From contig CAZHYX010000001.1 in the NCBI GenBank assembly GCA_964536675.1, positions 1 to 47,376 on the forward strand: a stretch of DNA of 47,376 nt. Direction: 5' to 3'. Positions 18,638 to 29,200 of this stretch are shown one piece after another. The notes below the pieces were generated by a model. It saw only the letters and a list, made by a program, of their open reading frames with translations, made no database searches and was not told the DNA's origin. A program made the position numbers and the translations under genes. Within the stretch, counting starts at the first letter, position 1. Every line of letters begins with the position of its first letter. Source of the stretch: an uncultured Flavobacteriaceae bacterium (GTDB taxonomy: Bacteria; Bacteroidota; Bacteroidia; Flavobacteriales; Flavobacteriaceae).

Positions 18638-18671
18638 TGTTTTTAAACTATCAAGGTCAAGTTTAAAAACA
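18638..18671. terminator. Perfect 12-bp inverted repeat (possible terminator or operator)
   Basis: TGTTTTTAAACT-10 nt-AGTTTAAAAACA in the intergenic gap. Confidence 0.5.
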
Positions 18672-18759
18672 GAAGATATATATTTGTATTAATTTTAATT
18701 TTAAACGCTTAGACACAACTTAGATACAGCTTTTTTTATAAAATAGGAGGGGAAAGGTA

Positions 18760-19218
18760 ATGGATATTTTAAAATTAATTAAAGAAGAAGTTTGGCAAGG
18801 AGCCACTGAAAAACAGGTAAATATCGGTAATAGAGTTTATGTATTAAAAACATTAAATGATGGAGAAATAGTTTGGAGAGATAAATTTATTTTAACATCT
18901 GCTTCTTTTAGTTTTATTAGTTCTAAAAAAGCTCCAACTATTGCTGTATCATTGGTTTCAATAGATGGTGTTTCTGTTAGAGATTTATTTTTAAAACCTG
19001 AAGAATTAAAAAAAGAAGAACAGACAGAAGAAACTGTTAAAACTTGGTTAAAATTAATAGGTTTTGGTTCAGTAGATGAAAGATTTCTTGTAGCTCAAAG
19101 AGTATATGAATTTTTGTCTTCTCTACCTCCATTAATTATAGAAACTCTTTATAAAGATTATTTAGTTTTAGAAACAGAACAAACTTCTACCTTAAATACT
19201 CTTTTAAAAAAAAATTAG
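18760..19218 (+). CDS. Tail assembly chaperone (gpG-like)
   Basis: Between tube and tape measure genes; ends in a slippery run. Confidence 0.75.
   Translation: MDILKLIKEEVWQGATEKQVNIGNRVYVLKTLNDGEIVWRDKFILTSASFSFISSKKAPTIAVSLVSIDGVSVRDLFLKPEELKKEEQTEETVKTWLKLIGFGSVDERFLVAQRVYEFLSSLPPLIIETLYKDYLVLETEQTSTLNTLLKKN
19203..19214 (+). other. Programmed -1 ribosomal frameshift site (T TTA AAA / A AAA AAA)
   Basis: The -1 frame is open from the slippery site into ORF 19260-19565. Confidence 0.8.
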
Positions 19219-19259
19219 ATTTTAGTATAGATGAACAATTTGAACAGATAAAAATTAGA

Positions 19260-19565
19260 GTGATGTTAGAGATGGGCTGGTTTTATAATGATCCTAAGTT
19301 AATGGTAATGAATAAAACCAGGTGGTTATTTTTGTATAAAGCAATTCAAGATAGAGAAGTTCAAAGATTTAAACTTTATTTTCAAAATTTAAGTTTTCTT
19401 TTTAAGCAAATGTTAGGATTAGAAGTTAAAGAAAATGAAATGATTCCTTTATCTGCTTTTATTAATCCAGAAATGTTTAAAAAATTATTTACTCAAGAAG
19501 AAAAAACATTAGATGAAGATGAAACTATTTGGGTAATAGAAGGAATGAATGATGGAAGAGAATAG
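19260..19565 (+). CDS. Tail assembly chaperone frameshift extension (gpT-like)
   Basis: -1 frame relative to 18760, weak own start, directly before the tape measure gene. Confidence 0.72.
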   Translation: MMLEMGWFYNDPKLMVMNKTRWLFLYKAIQDREVQRFKLYFQNLSFLFKQMLGLEVKENEMIPLSAFINPEMFKKLFTQEEKTLDEDETIWVIEGMNDGRE

Positions 19566-21588
19566 AGAAGAAATAGAAAATAGAGAAACAGTAGAAAATA
19601 CTATTCAAGATATGGCTGTTAATATGGAAAGAAATGTAGCTCAGTTTAGTGAGCTTATTGAAGCTATAAATGAAACTGTTGAAACACTTGGTAGATTTAC
19701 TGGCTCCTTTGAAACCGCCTTAGAAAGAACACAAACTTCAATTCAAGCGACAACTGATCAATGGAGTGCATCTTTTAGAGAAGTTGGAAGTGAATTACAA
19801 AGATCTTTTATTGATCCATTTACCCAAGGAGGAGAACAAGTAGTTTCAAGCTTAGGCTTCGTAGGAACTGCCATAACAGGAATTAAAGATCTACTACAAC
19901 GTATACCAGGTATAGGGTTTATTACCACAGGTGTGGCTGGTTTTTTTGCTTTACAAGCTGCTGCAATGGTAGTTGAAAAAACTTTAGAAGCAAGGTTATA
20001 TCGTGTTGGGGCAATACTTGAAGGCTATGAGGATATGACTTTTAGGACTGCTGAAGGAATGGGTAGAGCTTTACTTCAAACTGCTCAAGATTGGCAGATG
20101 AGTTTAGCAGAAGCTGAAGCTTTTTTTGCTAAAATTGCTGGAGTAGGAGCATTAGCAATTTGGGAAAGTGAACAAAATGTTTCAACTTTTGTAGATACGA
20201 TAATGAACTTATCACTTGCAGCAGGTGTTTCTGAAGATGTTACACTTGGCTTTTTTCAACGTTTATTTCATGCTACTGATATGCAAAGAGGTATCTCTAA
20301 TGATCTTGCAGATTCCTTAGCTATGGTTTATATACAAGCAGAGAAAAGTGGTTTAGGAACTCAAAATTTTGTAAACACTGTCATGAGAGGTGCAGAGCAT
20401 ATGAGGGTATTTGGAGCGGAGCAGAGAACAGTTGTAGAATCTGCCCGTATGTTGGGTGTAATGATGGATTTAGCCAATATACCTGGTGGTAGAGCAGCAG
20501 TTGCAGATTTACATCAAAATGTAATGGCTTTTACTGGACAAATAATGAGGAATCCAGCAGAATTATTGTTTGCATTTGGTAGAGGAGAAGGAGACATATT
20601 TCCACGACTGGTAGAAATAATGGAAGGGCTTCAAGGAGAGGAACGATTTCCAGGAATTGATCCATGGGAAGTTTTTCATACTTATATTACAAGAATACAA
20701 GATGAATCCCAAATGGATAGAAATCAGATGGGAATATATTTAATGCAAAAATTAGATGTTGATGCATTACAAGCAAGTGAATTATTGAATATAGTAAATG
20801 AAATGAATGCTTTATTAACTGAACAAGGTTCTCTTACAGAGGAGCAAAGAACTTATTTTGAAAAATCTCATAAAGATATCATGAGGGTAATGACAGATCC
20901 AATGGATAGAATAAAAGTATTGTTGGAAACTATGATGATTCAGTTGTTACCAAGAATTGCTCAATTGGTAACTGGATTGTTAAGTTCAATACTTATAAGT
21001 ATTCCAACTGGTATTATCACTTTAATACATTTTCTTGATCAAGCACTTCCTTGGATGAGAACAGGTCAGTTTGAACAACCTGCTCAGGAATTACAAGAAA
21101 TATTAGGTATACATATGACAGGTGTAGCTCAACAAGGCATAGAGATGCATAGTGTAATGAAAGATGTAATGGGTGATTTGTTTGAACTTTTTTATACAGA
21201 TGAAGAGATGGAAGGAAAAAAAGGAGTAATAGAAGGATTTAATACAATAGCTTATTCTTTAAAATCTTTGGGAGATGTTATTGATGCTTTTAAAATAAGT
21301 ATAGAAGCAGTGACGGGGGATGTAGAAATAGGAACTATTCAAGAAATTATTATTGAAAAAACAAGAGAAACTATAAAAGAAGTAGCTCAACCAGTTATAG
21401 ATCCTTTTGGTTTTTTAAGAGAAAAAAAAGAACATTTATTACAAACTTTTTCTCCTTCTGAACCTAAAGAAGGTAAGATGGAACCTTTTACAAGAAAGGA
21501 AATAAAGCCTGGTGGATATATTCATTATTACCATGAAATAATTATTTCACCAGCAGATATTATAAATTCTATACTTCAGGCGGAATAA
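19549..21588 (+). CDS. Tape measure protein
   Basis: 679 aa, helical and Ala/Gly-rich with hydrophobic stretches; follows the chaperones. Confidence 0.8.
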   Translation: MMEENREEIENRETVENTIQDMAVNMERNVAQFSELIEAINETVETLGRFTGSFETALERTQTSIQATTDQWSASFREVGSELQRSFIDPFTQGGEQVVSSLGFVGTAITGIKDLLQRIPGIGFITTGVAGFFALQAAAMVVEKTLEARLYRVGAILEGYEDMTFRTAEGMGRALLQTAQDWQMSLAEAEAFFAKIAGVGALAIWESEQNVSTFVDTIMNLSLAAGVSEDVTLGFFQRLFHATDMQRGISNDLADSLAMVYIQAEKSGLGTQNFVNTVMRGAEHMRVFGAEQRTVVESARMLGVMMDLANIPGGRAAVADLHQNVMAFTGQIMRNPAELLFAFGRGEGDIFPRLVEIMEGLQGEERFPGIDPWEVFHTYITRIQDESQMDRNQMGIYLMQKLDVDALQASELLNIVNEMNALLTEQGSLTEEQRTYFEKSHKDIMRVMTDPMDRIKVLLETMMIQLLPRIAQLVTGLLSSILISIPTGIITLIHFLDQALPWMRTGQFEQPAQELQEILGIHMTGVAQQGIEMHSVMKDVMGDLFELFYTDEEMEGKKGVIEGFNTIAYSLKSLGDVIDAFKISIEAVTGDVEIGTIQEIIIEKTRETIKEVAQPVIDPFGFLREKKEHLLQTFSPSEPKEGKMEPFTRKEIKPGGYIHYYHEIIISPADIINSILQAE

Positions 21589-21590
21589 TT

Positions 21591-22070
21591 ATGGCAGAAT
21601 GGGTTTTGAAAAAAGGAATTCAAACTGATACTACTCTTATAGCACTGGATGATGATATATCTGTTTTTAAAGTTAATCCACAGAAGGTAACTATTACTCC
21701 AAGACTTCGTGTAGCTATTGAAGATACATTGGATGGGGTTGTTATTTCTCCTTGGATAGATCCACAGTCTGAAACTAATATTGGAGATATAACAGTTAGA
21801 ATGGAAGGTAATACTCCTATAAATTATCAAAATAATGTAAATAAATTATTAGATTTATCTATGTCTCCTTTTTTAAAAGAAGGAAGAAAAGAAATTTGGC
21901 AATTATTAATTTCTACTCCAATGTTTAAAAAATTAGTTTTATTAGGATACATGACTTCTCCTATGGTGATATCAGAAAGTGCAGATAATCCCTGGTATCC
22001 TTCATGGTCTATGACATTTACTATTTGGGGAGGTCAGATAAAAATTTTTAAGGACTTTTTAAAATTATGA
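21591..22070 (+). CDS. Probable tail tube initiator/baseplate protein
   Basis: Position after the tape measure gene; FKVNPQKV...ESADNPW...SMTF tube-fold-like pattern. Confidence 0.55.
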   Translation: MAEWVLKKGIQTDTTLIALDDDISVFKVNPQKVTITPRLRVAIEDTLDGVVISPWIDPQSETNIGDITVRMEGNTPINYQNNVNKLLDLSMSPFLKEGRKEIWQLLISTPMFKKLVLLGYMTSPMVISESADNPWYPSWSMTFTIWGGQIKIFKDFLKL

Positions 22071-23662
22071 TAACAGTATTTATAAATAAAGTTTTAGTAA
22101 CCAGTAAACTTTCTGTTTCTATTCAGAATAGATTTGTCCCTGAATTGAGTTCTTGTACTATTACAGTAATTGATAGTGGAGGGACGTATATAAAAGGAGA
22201 TGTTAGAGGGGATATGGAAATGGTAGAACAAGAAATATTTATTGAATTAGAACAAGCAGCTAATAATAGGGATATAATTATAGATCATTCAGTTCCTATT
22301 TTTAAAGATAATGATGTGGTATCAATTTTTGAACAGAGGAATGGTGAATATTGGTGGTTGTTTTATGGATTTGTTACAACTGTAGCATTTGGAGATTTTA
22401 TATCAGGAAAGAAAACTATTACATTATCTTGTGAATCATCCTTAAAATCATTGAGATATAGTTATATTGTAATGAATTCATTTATGATGCCACAGGAATT
22501 TTCTGAAGATACTTTAAAAAATGAAATAAAAAAAGTTTTTTCTTCTTTTCAATCTATAGATGTATCAGGACAAACTTATTGGGATAAAATAAAAACTTTA
22601 TTTACTCCTGAACTTGAAACAGATGAAGATGTTGGAGTATTTCGTAAAGGTGAAGGAAATTTTAAAGTGCAGATAAAAGAATTACAAACACCAGCAGATA
22701 TATGGAATTATATGGAAAATATAAAAGAAAAGAGTAATACCAAGTTAACTGATTTAACTAATTTAAATCAGTATGTATCAAATGATGATTCAGAAAGAAA
22801 TTTATTTATTTTGAAAATTGGTGATATGACAGAATTAATGGATACACTTTTTGCTTCTTATAGTATAAGTCCTCCTGTATTTACTGCTAAAATTGCGATA
22901 TTACAAAATATTATACAGGGTTTAGGACTTGTAGCATATACATTACCTAATGGTGATGTTGTTGTTGAACCTACGATGCATGGAATTATTGGAGGGGATG
23001 CTTGGATTGCTACAAAAGATATTTTTACTTCAAGTTATTCTTTTGCAGGGAGTAATATTAAAAATACTGCATTAACTATATATTTCCCAAATATATTTGG
23101 TAGAACAGGTCAACAGGTGAAGGCAGAACATGGTACATTTAGAACAAGTATGGTTACTTTGGATAAAGATTCTGTTAAAGCCTATGGACTTAGATTAATG
23201 AATATAGATGAAATGACTTTATTTCCCAGAAGTTTAGAAGCAGCTGAGTTGTATGGAAAATATTTATTAGCTCGTTCATGGAGTAATGCAAAAACATCTA
23301 ATGTTACATCAAAACATAAAGGGAGAGGAACTCTTAATAGACCTATTTATGTTCAAAATTTAGATGCATGGTTTTTAATTACTTCTTTTTCTTTAACTTT
23401 TTCAATTACAGGTAGAAAAGAAGAAAATTTTAATCTTGGTTTTGGATTAATGTGGAATGGTAAGAATTGGGGAGTAGATGTGTTGCAAGCGTATTCTCAT
23501 TTAAGTTTATTATTTGATATGGGTAATTTATTAAAGGAGGATAAGGTGACTACATCAAAAATTTTAATCCTTGATAAATTATCGGATATAATGAAACATG
23601 GGAAAAATTCACCTTTAAAACATAATCCATCAGCTTATTTTTTACAAGAGGACATAATATGA
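22067..23662 (+). CDS. Probable baseplate hub protein
   Basis: Position; LFYGFV, ITLSCES, YTLPNGDVVV, AYGLR segments of gp27/gp44-like hubs. Confidence 0.62.
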   Translation: MITVFINKVLVTSKLSVSIQNRFVPELSSCTITVIDSGGTYIKGDVRGDMEMVEQEIFIELEQAANNRDIIIDHSVPIFKDNDVVSIFEQRNGEYWWLFYGFVTTVAFGDFISGKKTITLSCESSLKSLRYSYIVMNSFMMPQEFSEDTLKNEIKKVFSSFQSIDVSGQTYWDKIKTLFTPELETDEDVGVFRKGEGNFKVQIKELQTPADIWNYMENIKEKSNTKLTDLTNLNQYVSNDDSERNLFILKIGDMTELMDTLFASYSISPPVFTAKIAILQNIIQGLGLVAYTLPNGDVVVEPTMHGIIGGDAWIATKDIFTSSYSFAGSNIKNTALTIYFPNIFGRTGQQVKAEHGTFRTSMVTLDKDSVKAYGLRLMNIDEMTLFPRSLEAAELYGKYLLARSWSNAKTSNVTSKHKGRGTLNRPIYVQNLDAWFLITSFSLTFSITGRKEENFNLGFGLMWNGKNWGVDVLQAYSHLSLLFDMGNLLKEDKVTTSKILILDKLSDIMKHGKNSPLKHNPSAYFLQEDII

Positions 23663-24789
23663 AAGAATTAGATTTAAGAGAAGTAATTAAAACTTCAGAT
23701 TTTAAAAAACTTTTTATAGGTAGAATTTTAACTGTAGATACCGCAGAAATGATGGCTACAGTAGAACTACAAGATATTTTGGGTGTGGTTAATGTAAGTT
23801 TGTTTTTTCATTATATTTCTGATATTGCTGGCGGGTATATGGTGTATGTCCCAGTGATAGGAGATACAGTAATTATAGGGATGAGTCAAAGTGCTAATTG
23901 GGAGGTTGTAGGATATAGAATGAATCGCCTTACAACAGATGAACATTCAACTTGGGGGTTAATGAGAAAAACTGATCAATATACTCAACCTATAGAATTA
24001 CAGAAAGGGGATTTTGCGATAGGAATTCGTAAAGATGAAAATAATGTAGATCTATTAATGTTAGGTAATGGAAAAATGGTTCTAACTGCTGGATTGGTAT
24101 ATGTGATTTTAAATCAAAATGATAATTCATTAAGGCAGATAATGAGTTATTGTATATGCGGTAATGGAAAAATGATTCAAGATTGGGGAGAAGCAAGATT
24201 TATTTCTGATGGAAAAGAACAAGTTATAAAAGATGAACAATTATGGAGAGTAAAGAATGAAGAGAAAGAGGAGATTGCATTAGGTTGTATAAATAAAAAA
24301 GGTATAATAGAAAAAGATTCTAAAGATAGTCCAATTCGTTTTAGGGTAAAAATAAATGAAACAGAGATATTAATAAATAAAAATGGGGAAGTTGCAATTA
24401 ATGCACAAAATGGGTTTATTTTAAAAATACAACAAACAGGAGAAATGATAGAAATAAAAAATAGTGGGATAAATATTATAAGTGACTCAGTAAATATTGA
24501 AACAAAATTCAATCAAGAAGGAGATGTAAATATTAAAGGAGATATAAATGTTGAAGGAAAAATAAATATTTCTGATTCACTTGACGTAGGTAAAAAGATA
24601 ACAGCTTTAGAGGGAGGAGATGTAGGAGGGGTTACAGCATTGGTTTTAGAGACTATACTACCCTTACTTACTAATCATACACATAGTTATGTTTTACCTG
24701 CTAAACCCGCAGGCTTAGCTTCTACATCACCCTCCTTACAGTTAACTCAAGCAACAAAGTACAAGACAAAGAGATTAAGGGCAGGATAA
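23659..24789 (+). CDS. Baseplate central spike (gpV/gp5-like)
   Basis: OB-fold-like N-terminus (GRILTVD, VPVIGDTV), beta-helix repeats (GDVNIKGDINVEG), C-terminal HTH (HxH) metal-binding apex. Confidence 0.8.
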   Translation: MKELDLREVIKTSDFKKLFIGRILTVDTAEMMATVELQDILGVVNVSLFFHYISDIAGGYMVYVPVIGDTVIIGMSQSANWEVVGYRMNRLTTDEHSTWGLMRKTDQYTQPIELQKGDFAIGIRKDENNVDLLMLGNGKMVLTAGLVYVILNQNDNSLRQIMSYCICGNGKMIQDWGEARFISDGKEQVIKDEQLWRVKNEEKEEIALGCINKKGIIEKDSKDSPIRFRVKINETEILINKNGEVAINAQNGFILKIQQTGEMIEIKNSGINIISDSVNIETKFNQEGDVNIKGDINVEGKINISDSLDVGKKITALEGGDVGGVTALVLETILPLLTNHTHSYVLPAKPAGLASTSPSLQLTQATKYKTKRLRAG

Positions 24790-24791
24790 TA

Positions 24792-26252
24792 ATGGCTAAT
24801 ATTCATGAAATTACAGCTTATTATGATCATACGGATTGGGCACAGTGTGCTTGTAATGTTGTAAGAAAGTTTGGCATTGCAGGTGTCTCTTCCCAAGTCA
24901 AAGCATTGAGAGATGTAAGGGATTCATTGTCTAATATTAGTGATGTCTTATCAGGCATTGGTTTAGCAGGAATTGGTTTAGATGATATTATGACAAAATT
25001 GATTCCTGGTAATTTTATTAATAGATTATCTTTTCAGCAACTACAAAGATTTCATATTTGTCCTTTGTTTTCTGATTTAGTAAGAAACATTGTAACTGTA
25101 GATACTAATAATGTTGATAATTTTTTTAAACATAGACATGAATGGTTACAGAAAAGAATATTGGATAAAGTGAATAAAATAAATAACGACAGAATTTTAC
25201 TTTTGAGATTAGAAAATTTAATTTCTGTTATGGAAGGATGTGTATCTTCCTCTTTTAGTGAAGGTAAAACATATAAAAACGAGATATTAAGTTCTCCCAT
25301 TAGAGAGAAGAATGCTTTTCCTGGTATATCTTTAATTGATTCCTATCATCTGATGAATGCTAATGTAATAATTGTTAATGGGGAGGTATGGATTGTTTAT
25401 GAAAAAAATAAAAACATATTTATTCAACGAAAAGTTGATGGTATTTGGATAGAACCTATGTTTATGTCAGGAGGAGATTCTCCTACTTTGTTTTTTGATG
25501 GAACATATATTAAACTTTATTGGGTGTATAATACCAAGATACAAGAAGCAAAATTTCAACCTCATGAATTAGGTCAGATTTTTGGACAGAAACAATTATG
25601 GGATTGTATTAAATATTTTAGTGGACATGCTACACTGGGAGCTAAAAATGCTTATATTGGTTGTGAAGGAAAATTTATATCTTATGAAGGAACTAATTTA
25701 ATTTCATTTCCTGATGGTGGGAAAGGTATTTATCCAACAGCAAATATTTATACAAATCCTATGTATAATTATATAAAATGGCCAGTGGTAAATATAAATG
25801 GATTTACTACCAGTTATGAAGTGTATAAAGATAATACTTTAGTTTATCAAACTTCTAATTTAATATATGATAATTTATTATTAGCAGGAATAAATTATCA
25901 TGTTGTTGTTGTTTATACAGATGTATTTTATGGGAGAGAGTATAGAAGTTGTAAATCTAATATTATTGCAACTCCACTGGATTTAGGAAGGGCTATTATT
26001 GGAGATAGTGTTTCTAATGATAAATGGAGTGGAACTTGTACTGCAAGTAATTTTATAAATTATGAAATGAAAACAGGTATAGGAGGAAGTAGTTTTTTAG
26101 AAACTAATTTAGGAAGTCAACCTTATAAGGAAAAAATAAAAAATTATCAAACTATTATTAATAAAACCGCAATTTCTAATATTCCTATTTTTGGTGGAGC
26201 AAAAAATTATACTTTTAATGTAATTAACTTTTTTGGAGGTACAATAGAATGA
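24792..26252 (+). CDS. Hypothetical baseplate/tail protein
   Basis: 486-aa ORF within the tail operon. Confidence 0.6.
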   Translation: MANIHEITAYYDHTDWAQCACNVVRKFGIAGVSSQVKALRDVRDSLSNISDVLSGIGLAGIGLDDIMTKLIPGNFINRLSFQQLQRFHICPLFSDLVRNIVTVDTNNVDNFFKHRHEWLQKRILDKVNKINNDRILLLRLENLISVMEGCVSSSFSEGKTYKNEILSSPIREKNAFPGISLIDSYHLMNANVIIVNGEVWIVYEKNKNIFIQRKVDGIWIEPMFMSGGDSPTLFFDGTYIKLYWVYNTKIQEAKFQPHELGQIFGQKQLWDCIKYFSGHATLGAKNAYIGCEGKFISYEGTNLISFPDGGKGIYPTANIYTNPMYNYIKWPVVNINGFTTSYEVYKDNTLVYQTSNLIYDNLLLAGINYHVVVVYTDVFYGREYRSCKSNIIATPLDLGRAIIGDSVSNDKWSGTCTASNFINYEMKTGIGGSSFLETNLGSQPYKEKIKNYQTIINKTAISNIPIFGGAKNYTFNVINFFGGTIE

Positions 26253-29200
26253 TTGATTTTAAAGGAGTTGTAAAATTAACAATTGTTGATAAAAGAACAG
26301 ACAAAATTAAATTTGTACATGAACAAGAAAATGTGTTTTTTAATCAAGGTCTTAAAAATATTATAAATAATCAAAGCAGAGTTTTATGTATAACAGATTC
26401 CAGCACTCCATTAACTATAAATAGCAATGCTTTAGATGGTATAGTTATGAGTCAAAGTGCTCCTAACATTAGAACTTATGATCATGATGATATGGGACAT
26501 ACTTTCATTGCAAATTTTGCTCCTCCTACTACAGGTACAAGAACTACAAGAGCGGTAGCTCTTGCTGGTAATACTTTAGGACAATTAGCATGGGCTGGTA
26601 CAGTGTTAACTACACCTGTTAATCAATTGGATGAGTTCTCTGTACTATGGATACATTATACTATATTTGTACAATTACCAGTTCAAGGAGGTGGGAGTGG
26701 ATTTTGGGGAGGGTCAATTAGAGAACGAATAGCACCAAATATATTTAGTAATTTATATAGTACTCAGATGTCCAATTTAATGCATATGAATTCATTTGTA
26801 GGTAATCCTGATGAAAGTAATGTGAATTGGGTGCCTATGAGTTCTCTAATTGATATTTCTAGTAATAGTACTATTAAAGACCCTGATAGATATAGAATAT
26901 TTCATAAAAATACTCTTGGTACTGCTGCTAATAGAACAATAGGGGCAAATATGTATGGGTCAAGAGGATTTGGTCCATGGAATAATATTTCACAGTTTTT
27001 ACCTTATAACAAAGCTATGATTTCAAGAGTTTGGGCAAAAAATAAAAGTAGTAATTCAATATTTTTTGATAGCATGAATCTACCAATTGGATATGATAGA
27101 GCTGTAGAGGTTAAAGAAAAAACTCATCCTTATGTTATGACTGGGATTCCAAGATTAGTTTTAAATGCAGTAATAGGTAGTGTAGGAGGTGCAGTGGGAA
27201 CTGCTACATATAAATTAGCTTCTTATACAAATTATAATACTAAATCAATTGAAATGAACCAAAGTCATATAGCAGGTTTTGTAGGACACTCATGGGCTAG
27301 GTGGGCTATTGGTATTTTTGATAGAGGTAATTTTCAATATATAGTTCATCATAATACACATCAACATAGATTATATATTACGTGTTTAGATAATAATGTA
27401 GTATATGAATTCAGTAATAGTTGTAAAGATAGCACCTATCAAAGTGTAGGTGATATATTATGGTTATTAGATAACAATCATAATACAATTCATAAATTAC
27501 CTTTATCTATAAATTTTGGTGATAGTGTCATTACTAATTCTTATACACATCCAACAAAACAATTATTAAGGATACTTTTTATATTGGGTAAGATTTGGTG
27601 TGAAACAAGTGATAGAACAGGTTGGATAATTTTTGATCCTATTACTGAACTTTGGACTGATAGTGTAATTAATAGAAGTAATTATGGAATTTTATTTAAT
27701 GATGGTGAAGGGAGTAGTTACCATGATATTGTTAATGGTAGATTATTTAGTAGGAGGTCTGGTTCTTTATTTTATGTGAATACTAATTTAACTAATGCAA
27801 TAAATGTGGTAGTTCCTTATTTTGATGATTTTAATGATGGTATTATGAAAAATTGGGGATTTCACAATACTAATCTATGGGGTTTGAGAGGTAATATAAA
27901 AGAAATTAATGGGGAATTGCAGCTTTTATCAGGACAAGGACATTGGACTAATACTGTAAATACTGTTACCCAAGTTGGACATTATTTAATGAGTGGAGAT
28001 TTTGAAATTACTACTCATATAACAAATTTTGATCCTCCAACAACTCGTACAAGTGTAGAAGCTGGAATGTTTGTTATGGGAATAGAAACAGGTGGAGGAA
28101 CAAAAAGTATTGGATCTTATATTCTAAGTAGTGGTGTTAGAATGATTAGAACTTTATCTTCTACTACTGGACATAGAGCTGTAGAAGCTTCTGCTACATT
28201 AAATTTAACAAGTTTTAGATTAAAAATTACAAGAGTTAATAATAATATTGAATGCTTTTATAGTGATTCTCTTATAACTATTTCAGATGTAAATGCTGTA
28301 TGGATAAGTTTAGGTAATCCATATACTCATTTAACTGGTAAAGTAATTGTGGGTTTATATAATAGTAATTCTAATTCTATTACTCAACAATGGCCTTGCC
28401 ATTATGGTGAGTATCGTATAAACAGTGGTATAGTGGATCAGCAGGTGGCAGTTTTACCTGTAACAGAAGGAGTTCGTGAAAAAAGTAGAAGTTCTTTAAA
28501 TGTAAACAATACAGTAACTAACTGCATAGCTTATACAGATAATACTTATTTTGTAGTGGATAAGAGAAATGGTGGAATTACAAAAATAAATTCTTTAACT
28601 TTTGAGCAAACTATTCTTTCTAATGTATTTTTTAATACTTCTTCATTAAGTCAAGTAAGTGCTTATCAAGGCATAGGTGTAGTAATTTATAATATAGGTT
28701 TAAATAATGTTTGGTTTTTAATGGATGGTGGAGTAAATTGGAATTGGGCAAATGTTATTTGTCTTATAGCGTTTGTAACAAAATGGGGAGTTATTATAGT
28801 AAGAAATTCTGAATCAGTAACACTATCTATATTTGGAGAGTGGGGATGGGATGGAGTGAAATGGATATATGGTCATGAAGGAGAAAAGATTACACATATT
28901 GATTGGCAAGATACAGCTATAGGTGATTTACAAATTAGATTTAATCCTCGTCCTGGTAGTCCTTCTACTACAATAGATGTAAATGATAGGTATGATTTTC
29001 AAGCTATGGTAGGTGTTATAAAAGATAATGAACAGATATTACAGGATTTTGGAGCCGCCAGTTATCTTGGAATATTTGGTGAAATAAATAATGAATTAAG
29101 AAGTCCTCCCTATACTATTGATCCAAGCGGAGCAAGAACATTATTAGTAAATGCTACAAATATTCCAGGATTTTTATCATGTGATTTTGAAGTTAAAGAA

